IMG/VR virus record: IMGVR_UViG_3300035422_000096
Span: 26,446-90,445 of that record
DNA: 64,000 nt
Direction: 5' to 3' (one strand)
Source: a virus
Taxonomy: Duplodnaviria > Caudoviricetes
The notes under the pieces are model-generated. The model was not told the origin of the DNA. It ran no database searches and was given only the letters and a program-made list of their open reading frames with translations. The translations under genes and the position numbers were made by a program. Shown here piece after piece: positions 9,122 through 17,782 of this stretch (its first letter is position 1; every line of letters starts with the position of its first letter).

Positions 9122-10759
9122 CTATTTATCACTGTGGCTCGGTATTGCATTGCCATTATTGGATTGAGATTTTAATGTATTTTCAGATGGATTGTCTGCT
9201 TTGGGTCTGCCGCCTTCGTCTCCAGTATCATTATTAGATGTCCATGCTGTTTGATGTGGTAAATATTTTTCGTATATACCGTCTTCAATTTCAGAATCCA
9301 TCACACTCATATAAACATCAGGATCAACTCCCGTACTGGCAATTAGAAATGTCATGGAACCAGATGCAGAAGTGTATAAATCTTTCATCATGCCGAAAAA
9401 TTCTTTTCTATTTACGAAAGAAGTGGGGAAGTAGTAAATATCTACTTTATTTTTTGATTCATTTATAATATTCTTGTTGATTACATGAACCAATTCATTT
9501 TTCCATTCACAAGCCCATGTATAAAGTTGTGCTGTTATCATTTCAAGGTTCTGTTGACCTCCGGCAAACGTACCAGTAGACATCGCACCAATCAATGAAG
9601 CACAGATACCTAAATCAACAGCAATATCATTATTCATATCAGGTTCATTTTTGCTATCGAAAATATCAGTAGAAATATCTATTGAATCCAATTTTGTTCC
9701 AGCCGCCAATGACATAAAACTTACGCCACCACGACTGTTTTTATGTAAAACTGCACCCTTGACAGCATTGTGCTGATCTTCCTGTTGTTTCTTAGTCAAT
9801 GTGGAACCAGTACCTTGCTTATTCTCAGGAAACACCTCATAAATAACACGGTTGTTCAATTCATCAAGAACATTTCTCTTAGTATCAATAAAGTAATCCT
9901 TATACAATACATCTGAAAGAGCGGCTATAATAAGACTTCTCCCCCAAGCCTCAACATTTTTACACTTGATTTTTCTGCACATTGTCCTATTAGGATTAAG
10001 AACTAACCAGTCACCCGATGTATCAGACTTCTTTTTCTGATTATATCCATCAACAATCTCTTTTGGATATTTCCTTAATTTTCTGTTTAAATCTTCACCA
10101 GTGAAATCATCAAAATATCTCAAATTAAATGCCAATACAAAACGTCCATTTTTCTTACCAACAATTTTTGTATATTGCCAAGGCAGAGTAATAATAGAAG
10201 CGTTTAAACCAAAGTCATTGATTTCTATAATGTTTTCTACATCATAATCTGTCATGAACTTTCTGCGATCCACAGACTTTTCCGTAGTTTCAAAATAGTA
10301 AAAAGCTATTCCGTCCAACATTTCTGTAAATAATGCATCACGAATAAAAGCCTTATCATCAATGGTGTCTAATGTAGACTTCATTAAATCCTTGTTTACT
10401 TTTGACTTTTGGGTTTTGCTTTTACAAGTGATGATTCTATCAAGAGTTAGAAGTGCAGTCATATAGTCTATAGAATTACTGACGATACCATTTTTACCAT
10501 ATACAAACTCAGATAATCGAATTGCTGTTTCGTGATTTCCAATAGGATTTCTCAAAACAGAATCAATTTCTTCTTTTGTGAAGTAATCATAAACTCCGCA
10601 ATTAAAAATTGATTCAAATAGATGATGATAAGAATATGAGTTAAACTCATAATCAATAGAATTGTCTTGCAGAGTGATATTATTTGTTTCTACTACGGGT
10701 GGAGTAGTAGTCCTATTTTTAGGAGGGCGACCCCTCTTGCGTTTTACTTCTTCAGGCAT
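9122..10759 (-). CDS. Portal protein
   Basis: 545 aa directly after TerL; C-terminal GGRPK motif typical of portals. Confidence 0.75.
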   Translation of the reverse strand: MPEEVKRKRGRPPKNRTTTPPVVETNNITLQDNSIDYEFNSYSYHHLFESIFNCGVYDYFTKEEIDSVLRNPIGNHETAIRLSEFVYGKNGIVSNSIDYMTALLTLDRIITCKSKTQKSKVNKDLMKSTLDTIDDKAFIRDALFTEMLDGIAFYYFETTEKSVDRRKFMTDYDVENIIEINDFGLNASIITLPWQYTKIVGKKNGRFVLAFNLRYFDDFTGEDLNRKLRKYPKEIVDGYNQKKKSDTSGDWLVLNPNRTMCRKIKCKNVEAWGRSLIIAALSDVLYKDYFIDTKRNVLDELNNRVIYEVFPENKQGTGSTLTKKQQEDQHNAVKGAVLHKNSRGGVSFMSLAAGTKLDSIDISTDIFDSKNEPDMNNDIAVDLGICASLIGAMSTGTFAGGQQNLEMITAQLYTWACEWKNELVHVINKNIINESKNKVDIYYFPTSFVNRKEFFGMMKDLYTSASGSMTFLIASTGVDPDVYMSVMDSEIEDGIYEKYLPHQTAWTSNNDTGDEGGRPKADNPSENTLKSQSNNGNAIPSHSDK

Positions 10760-10775
10760 GTGTCGCCTCCTTTCG

Positions 10776-12593
10776 TTAATTTATCAGTGGTTCAAAATCA
10801 TAGTCACTGTTATCTGAAATCAAGTCTTGTTCTAGCAAACTTATAAAATAGTTCCCATATGCAAGGCTTACATATCTATCTTTAGTATTGCTTCCAGTTT
10901 CATATAAAGTAATTACACCAGTTTGCTCATTTCTTGTATATTCCAAAGACATCATTTCATTAACCAACGCCTGTGTCTCTAAATAAGGGCGTTCATAAAA
11001 TGACATTACATCACTATCAGGTGATACTAAATATTCAGGAACATTTGATTCCAATATGTCTTTTGCTTCATCAAAGTTTACAAGCAAATCTATCATTTGA
11101 GAATCAAGAATATTTCGTAAAGATATAGCAATATCATTATTCAATTTCTGGCTTGCATTTATTGCAAATACATTTTCTACGGCACCAGAAACATTTACTC
11201 TTTTTGCAATATCATCATCATTCATACAACGCCAAGCAGGATATTCACAATCTCTATCTTCATCATAGAGAACTTTTGCAAGCCTATCATATGTCAAAAT
11301 ACCACCATTACGAGTATCTAACACCACATAGTCTGCTTCAAAATCGTAATATAACTGTTTAATTCTAATCGCTTGTTTGTCAACATCACTACCTGGATTA
11401 GCTTCTATATAAGATGGGATTCTTCTATATCCGCTTTTAATTTCGATAGTTTTACCATCAATGTTACTTGATTCGTAAGTAATGCTTTCAGGTAATGCAC
11501 GAATACATGTAAAACATGAATTATCATTTTTGTTAGAGCGTTCAATAAATGCCATATCACAAGCAACAATGCGAATTTCTCCATTTTGCTTTGGAATACT
11601 ATATGGATTTTTCTTTTTGCTTCTTACATCTTCATACCTTCTTGGATAAAATGCCTTTTTATTAGTTTGATTTTTAGTCAATAACCCATATGTAAAATAT
11701 GCATTTGCACCTTCACGGAGCATTTCATTTTCATATTCCTCTCGCCATGTAATAGGATCAGTTGTTCTCTTAGCTTCAATTAGTTGCGCCCGTGTTTTTA
11801 TTGCATGTTTTAAGGCAATTGAGTAATCAGTGGCGAGCATACAAGAGGTATTATCTTTATATTTACTACTAATAGTGTCTTTTAATAATTTACCCATCCA
11901 ATGAGAAGTAGGAGCCGCAGAACTGATATAAATATTTACAGCTTCTTCTAGGAATTCATCATTTTCACGATATTTAACGCCATATTGTTCACACTTTTCA
12001 TTTGTTCTGAATTGTGCAGGTCTTGCCATTTGAAACGGTTTTAAGACTTTATCAACAATATACTTGTCAATTCGCTTAAATTCTTCAAAAATTAAAACTG
12101 TACTACGATATCCTAAAGCCCCTTCGCCAGCAACAACAACTACAATAGAACTGCCATTATGGAAAGTCACCTCAATATCATTTGCGTTTGTTGTTATTTT
12201 TTTGATTTCACGTCTTAGATTTTCCGATTTTGGCATCAATTCTTTTTGTATTTTTTCTTTTACAATAAGTGATGCCTGTTTTTTGGAGCCGCTGGCAACC
12301 ACGACTTTAGTATTTGGATATAAAATTGCTTTTGCACAAGAAAATATGGCAATAACAAATGACTTTGCGCTTGCACGACCTGCAATAATTACAACACTTA
12401 TATAAATATTCAAAAGATAGAGCCATATTATTTGATACCAATGTAAGGGGATTCCGAGATAGTGTTCTACGAAAACTGGAATGTTTCTACGATAGAATGT
12501 TATCCAATCAATTATTCTTTCATAATTTGTTTTGCTAGATAACCATGAATGAGGTGGGAAATTTTTGAATACATTTTTCTGGTAATTGTCCAA
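10776..12593 (-). CDS. terL: Terminase large subunit
   Basis: Walker A-like GRASAKS, Walker B LIFEEF, YISSA coupling motif, nuclease acidic motifs VACDMA, VVLDTRNGG, KDRYVSLAY. Confidence 0.9.
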   Translation of the reverse strand: MDNYQKNVFKNFPPHSWLSSKTNYERIIDWITFYRRNIPVFVEHYLGIPLHWYQIIWLYLLNIYISVVIIAGRASAKSFVIAIFSCAKAILYPNTKVVVASGSKKQASLIVKEKIQKELMPKSENLRREIKKITTNANDIEVTFHNGSSIVVVVAGEGALGYRSTVLIFEEFKRIDKYIVDKVLKPFQMARPAQFRTNEKCEQYGVKYRENDEFLEEAVNIYISSAAPTSHWMGKLLKDTISSKYKDNTSCMLATDYSIALKHAIKTRAQLIEAKRTTDPITWREEYENEMLREGANAYFTYGLLTKNQTNKKAFYPRRYEDVRSKKKNPYSIPKQNGEIRIVACDMAFIERSNKNDNSCFTCIRALPESITYESSNIDGKTIEIKSGYRRIPSYIEANPGSDVDKQAIRIKQLYYDFEADYVVLDTRNGGILTYDRLAKVLYDEDRDCEYPAWRCMNDDDIAKRVNVSGAVENVFAINASQKLNNDIAISLRNILDSQMIDLLVNFDEAKDILESNVPEYLVSPDSDVMSFYERPYLETQALVNEMMSLEYTRNEQTGVITLYETGSNTKDRYVSLAYGNYFISLLEQDLISDNSDYDFEPLIN

Positions 12594-12595
12594 TG

Positions 12596-13555
12596 TTAAT
12601 CACCATCCTCATTAATCCAGTATTCTTTTTCTTTTTCCTTTTCTCCGAATATAAGATTTCTAAGAGGTCTGAACATAAACCTTTCAATATATTCAACAAT
12701 CCCAAAGAAATCATGATACTTCTTTTTATCTTGATAAAATTCCGCTGGACAATATTTTTCAATATCCATTATCCATTTTCCAAAAGAGTCATTGCTTGTA
12801 TCAGCATTTTCTACTTTTAATTCAGCAGCCTCAAACATTGCTTTATAAGAATTGGAGAGCGTACCTATATCTTTTCCTGCCTGAATATTGACTTGCATCT
12901 GATATTCAAGCAGACAAAGATTTTTCATCATTTTTTGCTTCTTAACATCTGGCTTTTCAGTACATAGTTTTAAAAGTTCATCATAATATCCTTGTAAAGT
13001 GGGATAAACTTTTGGTTCATATCCAGATCCCCAAAATTTAATCATTTTAGGAGTTAATTTATATTGATCAATATCTTCAATATCATCTAAATTTTCTATT
13101 GGCTTATCTGTTTCCTCAAACCTCTCTTTGAGTGTATCTAACCAAGACAATCCGATCCACGGTTTAATTTGCACTTTGCTTGAATATGTATGAATCCGGC
13201 TCCTATGTTCACTGATTTTTCTGCTTGCTGCCAAAGGAGATTCATTAAAATACAATCCATACATCATACAAATAAATTCAATAGCTTTTTCCTCAGAACC
13301 TTCAAAAAATGAAACCATTTCAGGATAAAATTTATCAGTACATTTTCTACAAACAGGGTAGTAGCCATAATGCTTAAATAGAGGAAAATTAGTTGGTGTA
13401 AAATTGGATTGCAGCTTAGTATATTCGTTACCGCAACACCAACATTTATAGGATTCTTTTTTAGGAGTTGTATCAACAGATACATTTTTCTTGGTATTTA
13501 TTTTAGTGGACGCACTTACAGCTTTCTGCGTCTGTTCTAATTTGGTTCTTGCCAT
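12596..13555 (-). CDS. Terminase small subunit-like protein with Zn finger, putative
   Basis: CWCC..CRKC, immediately upstream of terL; start MARTKL at 13555. Confidence 0.5.
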   Translation of the reverse strand: MARTKLEQTQKAVSASTKINTKKNVSVDTTPKKESYKCWCCGNEYTKLQSNFTPTNFPLFKHYGYYPVCRKCTDKFYPEMVSFFEGSEEKAIEFICMMYGLYFNESPLAASRKISEHRSRIHTYSSKVQIKPWIGLSWLDTLKERFEETDKPIENLDDIEDIDQYKLTPKMIKFWGSGYEPKVYPTLQGYYDELLKLCTEKPDVKKQKMMKNLCLLEYQMQVNIQAGKDIGTLSNSYKAMFEAAELKVENADTSNDSFGKWIMDIEKYCPAEFYQDKKKYHDFFGIVEYIERFMFRPLRNLIFGEKEKEKEYWINEDGD

Positions 13556-13624
13556 AAACACCATCCTTTCATTTTCAAAATTATTTATTCAATTAAAAAA
13601 GACAGCCTTGATGACTGTCTGAAA

Positions 13625-13692
13625 ACACATAGAAAGAGTCGGACTTTCATTTTCGAGTGAGATCGAATGTCTTGCCGTTAGACGATATGAGT
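13625..13692 (-). pseudogene. Degenerate tRNA (Glu-CTC-like)
   Basis: Cloverleaf ACTCATA/TATGTGT, D arm GTCT-AACGGCA-AGAC, anticodon stem TTCGA/TCGAA with only a 6-nt loop TCTCAC, T arm GAAAG-TCCGACT-CTTTC. Confidence 0.6.
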
Positions 13693-13738
13693 GAAATAAA
13701 ATAGAGCCGATTATATTCGGCTCAAAAAATTATCATAA

Positions 13739-14851
13739 TTAATCATTTTTTTTTGTTTCATGTATGGTATTTCGCCCATTTATATATTGAAACGTAAATT
13801 CCTCTGTTTTTGTACTAATTTTATTATATTTTGGAGATATTGATAATTTTCGCAATATACTAATTCCCTGTGCTTTTGTGTCAGAAGATACATTAATAGA
13901 TCTGATTTTTGTTTCATCAAAAATATGATAACCTACAGGTTCATTAAATTTGTTCGCAGAATTAGTACACTCTGACAAAAAAGTTTTTAATTCACCAGAG
14001 GTATTTTCAATTAGTGTTCTTACTTCAGTGTAAGATTCGTCTGACAACACAATTTCTGAATCATTTAATTTTAATTGTCCTCTAACAAAATCAAAGTCAA
14101 AACTTGTACTATCGTTTACATCTAATTTTGTATCTGAAATTAAAGCCCTTTGCATAATTGGTAGACGATTTGAACCACTAGATGTTGAAATCACAGTAGC
14201 AACTCTACAAACTAATTTTTGATTAAATAAAAATGTGTGTTTAAAATATAAACTGCATATTTCTCCAATATCTTTATTAACTAACACACAATAACAAGCT
14301 CCCATTGTTAATGAAATAATTAATTCTCCATAGTATTCTTTATATATAAAATTGTCATTGATATCTTTTTTCCCTGTTGATATACACATTTTTGCTTTGC
14401 AAAAATTATGATATTCTGAATCCTCGAATATAATAGTTCCTTCTAATAATGACGATTCTGATGATATTGTAGAATACAGATATAGAAAAAAAGGTTCTTC
14501 TGTTATATAACCCTTAAAGGCATGGTGAGTAGTATTTCTAATTAAAATTTGGTCATCAATATACCTTTTGTTTAATAATCCTGCATCAATTTGGTGCAAA
14601 TTATCGGTAATGATTTCTTGATCGAAAGACAGTAAAACTTCTGGGTCAATTTTCAAAGAATTACATATTCTAAAAATATGCTGTAAGGTTAATTTTGTTT
14701 CTCCACTCATTATTTTAGAAAGAGTAGATTGATTAATATTACTTTCTCTGGATAATTCTAATTGTTTAATTTCGTTTTTATCCATATATTCCTTTATTCG
14801 TTTCAATACAATATTGCAATATTCCAATTCTGACATATTTGCATAATTCAT
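13739..14851 (-). CDS. XRE-family HTH protein with large C-terminal domain
   Basis: QLELSRESNINQSTLSKIMSGETKLTL helix-turn-helix; very AT-rich island. Confidence 0.7.
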   Translation of the reverse strand: MNYANMSELEYCNIVLKRIKEYMDKNEIKQLELSRESNINQSTLSKIMSGETKLTLQHIFRICNSLKIDPEVLLSFDQEIITDNLHQIDAGLLNKRYIDDQILIRNTTHHAFKGYITEEPFFLYLYSTISSESSLLEGTIIFEDSEYHNFCKAKMCISTGKKDINDNFIYKEYYGELIISLTMGACYCVLVNKDIGEICSLYFKHTFLFNQKLVCRVATVISTSSGSNRLPIMQRALISDTKLDVNDSTSFDFDFVRGQLKLNDSEIVLSDESYTEVRTLIENTSGELKTFLSECTNSANKFNEPVGYHIFDETKIRSINVSSDTKAQGISILRKLSISPKYNKISTKTEEFTFQYINGRNTIHETKKND

Positions 14852-15039
14852 ATAATTACCCTTTTCAAATTTTCTTTTTATTATTATATACCATATAAAA
14901 GAAAAAGTAAATATCAAAAATATTCTAAAATAGAATAACTTAAAATTAAAAATTAAAAATTAGAAAGAATATGAAATGCTATACAAAATTCTTGTTAAAC
15001 AAATATTTTTCTAAAACATAAATATATTATATAAAGTGG

Positions 15040-15068
15040 TTGCAAAACAGAAGGATATGCTGTATAAT
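15040..15068 (+). promoter_or_regulatory. Sigma-A-type promoter
   Basis: TTGCAA-17 nt-TATAAT upstream of 15129. Confidence 0.65.
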
Positions 15069-15128
15069 GCAATATATGGAAGAAAAACTAGATTTAACAA
15101 ATACATACATTATAAGGGGAGATAGGTT

Positions 15129-15581
15129 ATGAATATATTGTTTCAAATTTACATACCTGGTATCATTGCTTCATTAATTGCTGCATTTATTATATGGTTT
15201 ATAAAATACATAATCACAAGAATACAGGAAAGGTCAGATTTTAATGGTGCATGGAAAATTCTTATATATGATAGCAATAATCAACTAATGAAAGAATATG
15301 TCACTGAAATTAAGCATAATAAGAAAACACATTGGATTTATGGTAGGGCTAAAAGAAAATTTCCTCAGAATGATACTTCTAAAAAATGGAAAGTATTAGG
15401 ATTATTATTTGGTAAAGATATAATATGTTTAGTATGGTCAACGCAAAGCTTTGTAAGTTTAAATTGTAGTTACCTTCATCAAACAAAAAACGAAGGATAT
15501 GAATACGAAGGTTTATGTTTGAAAAAAACTAATGATAAAATAGAAAAGTATAAAACTACATTATCAAAAATAGAATTATGA
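15129..15581 (+). CDS. Membrane protein: one TM helix plus beta-rich domain (Cap15/SMODS-associated beta-barrel-like, tentative)
   Basis: Hydrophobic N-terminus IPGIIASLIAAFIIWFI then DFNGAWK; own promoter; opposite strand to neighbours. Confidence 0.55.
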   Translation: MNILFQIYIPGIIASLIAAFIIWFIKYIITRIQERSDFNGAWKILIYDSNNQLMKEYVTEIKHNKKTHWIYGRAKRKFPQNDTSKKWKVLGLLFGKDIICLVWSTQSFVSLNCSYLHQTKNEGYEYEGLCLKKTNDKIEKYKTTLSKIEL

Positions 15582-15652
15582 TATCAAATAAATCAATTCA
15601 TTTAAGTCAAGAGAGGGTAGTGGTTATACAACCACTACCCATTACATTGAAA

Positions 15653-16297
15653 TCAATAATCTTTAAACCCAATAACAATATAGTTTTCTTCCAATACCTT
15701 AATTTCGCATTTATCAAATCCTGAACCTTCATCTATAAAAATAATTTTTCCGTCAAATTTATTTGAACTCATCCAACCTTTTTTATATTGAACATACTCA
15801 TTTGTAATGCCTAATTTTTCATCATTATTTTTAATGCCTTGAATTGAATTTATATTCTTATAAACAACAATTCCATCATAGTTATGACATAATTTTGAAA
15901 GTGCATATGATTTTCCGGAATCTCTATGCAAATATCCATTAGAAGACAAAAAACTTTGCCCAGATGTAATGGCATCTTCAAACATAAAATACCATCTATT
16001 TTTGTCAATATCAGAAGATGTTGAGATATTCCACACCTTATGATTCTTAATATCTCCACAATGATTTTGTTCCCAAACAGCAACCTGTTTTTTACCATCT
16101 GTTTTATTTTCAGAATATTCTAAATGCCAGTCATATTCTTTAATAAGTGAGAGAGTATCTTTCAAAAGCCTAAGACAATCAATAGAACCTTTGATATTAT
16201 TATCCTCTTGCAGTTTATGAAATTTCTGCTGTAATGACATAGTATCTTCTGTGAGTGTTTTGACGGTTTCATTAAAAATATTTTCTGTTTTATTCAT
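15653..16297 (-). CDS. Hypothetical protein with C-terminal P-loop-like motifs
   Basis: RDSGKS and IIFIDE; RBS GGAGG. Confidence 0.55.
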   Translation of the reverse strand: MNKTENIFNETVKTLTEDTMSLQQKFHKLQEDNNIKGSIDCLRLLKDTLSLIKEYDWHLEYSENKTDGKKQVAVWEQNHCGDIKNHKVWNISTSSDIDKNRWYFMFEDAITSGQSFLSSNGYLHRDSGKSYALSKLCHNYDGIVVYKNINSIQGIKNNDEKLGITNEYVQYKKGWMSSNKFDGKIIFIDEGSGFDKCEIKVLEENYIVIGFKDY

Positions 16298-16470
16298 GCA
16301 TTTCCTCCAGTGGTAAGACACAACCTATTAAATATTTATGTACTTTTGTACATAAGAAAAGACTTATGAGATTTGATCATCATAAGTCCTAAAATATATT
16401 AAAAGTAATATGAATCATTATTTTAGAAATAAGCAGTCCTTTAAACTTATATATGTCTATTCGTTATAAA

Positions 16471-17679
16471 TCATCCACTAGGATTTAATGGATTTATAAT
16501 AACAGGCGTAGGATTCACCTCTACCCCATATCCTGTATAGGCATTTGGGAATATCTTTCGCATAATTTGTAAACTTCCATTTACATCTGCATTTATTAGC
16601 ATATTTTGAGATTTAAATAATCCTCGTGTAATTCGTCTGGATTTATCGTAATTTTTCTTGATTGGATCTTCATTATCTAAATAACTTGTTCCAGAAGTGT
16701 AAGATTCATTTACTTCAATATAGTTTATACCGATATTTTCTGATTTATATTTTAGTTGTTCTCTAAACATATTAAATGGGATTTTCATAAAATATGTCAT
16801 ATGATTTGCTTGTTTCCAATATTTATTTCTTCCAACAATTATAGTGTCAATATTATTTTCCATACACCATTTTATAATATAAGCAGTAGATTTATGGATG
16901 TAATCTTTAACCCTAAAATGTCTTTTGTCATTAAGTGATTCAATTTTATGGCTCCACGTTCTACCATTTCTACTTTGTAAATCATTCATAGTCTTGTGAT
17001 ATTTTTTAAGATATTGGTTATTGATAGATTTTAAAATTTTACCATTTATAATAAATGGTGAGATACCAATATTATTAGATACAGTAGCCAAGTTGTCTAC
17101 TCCGAGATCAATTGAAATAATTCTTGATGAATTCTGATTTAAATCATCCAATTCAATCTCATATACAATTTCCATACTGTAATATGTTTTATGATATACA
17201 AAACGCACTTGAATCAATCTACCAAGACATTTAGATTTCCATTCATAATCATTTAGTAGTCGATTTCTTATATAAACAGCATTATTGTCATATAAATATA
17301 AAACTTGATTATTTGGAAACATCCAAGGAATCCTTACATCATTATCTAATATTGATGGCAATTGAGGCTTGCCTCTATATTTGTATGGATATTTCTCATA
17401 GTCCTGAACCAATCTAAAATATGATTTCCAATTTTTATCCAATAATCTCATCACACAGTTTGCAGGTTGACTAAAACAATTTTTATATGAAGTGTATGTT
17501 TTAAACATATAATTCATATCTTTGTATTTTATATATTCGCCTGTATTTTTATAATGCTCCAATAAAACGGAATTTGCTTCGTTATATAAAATTCTTGTAT
17601 TAATACACATTTCATCAATTACTTTAAATTTAGGATGTGATTTTTTGATTATTATTTGTTCAATTCTTTGTACTTTCAA
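16471..17679 (-). CDS. tnpB: TnpB-family RNA-guided nuclease (IS200/IS605 OrfB-like), solo, rearranged RuvC
   Basis: RuvC-I ISIDLGVDNL, RuvC-II position IIVG, alternative Glu in VNESYTS, RuvC-III INADVNG; no TnpA nearby. Confidence 0.85.
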   Translation of the reverse strand: MKVQRIEQIIIKKSHPKFKVIDEMCINTRILYNEANSVLLEHYKNTGEYIKYKDMNYMFKTYTSYKNCFSQPANCVMRLLDKNWKSYFRLVQDYEKYPYKYRGKPQLPSILDNDVRIPWMFPNNQVLYLYDNNAVYIRNRLLNDYEWKSKCLGRLIQVRFVYHKTYYSMEIVYEIELDDLNQNSSRIISIDLGVDNLATVSNNIGISPFIINGKILKSINNQYLKKYHKTMNDLQSRNGRTWSHKIESLNDKRHFRVKDYIHKSTAYIIKWCMENNIDTIIVGRNKYWKQANHMTYFMKIPFNMFREQLKYKSENIGINYIEVNESYTSGTSYLDNEDPIKKNYDKSRRITRGLFKSQNMLINADVNGSLQIMRKIFPNAYTGYGVEVNPTPVIINPLNPSG

Positions 17680-17782
17680 TAATTCTCCTTAAACAGAAAA
17701 AAGAGTCTGGTAAAATTACCAAACTCTTAATTTATATTTGTGATTTAAAAGGCAATAGAATGCTTATTCTATATATCCAATA

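Noticed and set aside
2390-12820. Plus-strand ORFs in the structural module (for example 2390..2668, 6665..6949, 8217..8666, 12064..12405)
   Set aside because: Antisense shadows of long minus-strand genes with no RBS or recognisable motifs
16471-17679. Nuclease-dead TnpB (TldR-type repressor)
   Set aside because: Both Asp residues and the alternative Glu are present; Gly at RuvC-II fits the rearranged active class
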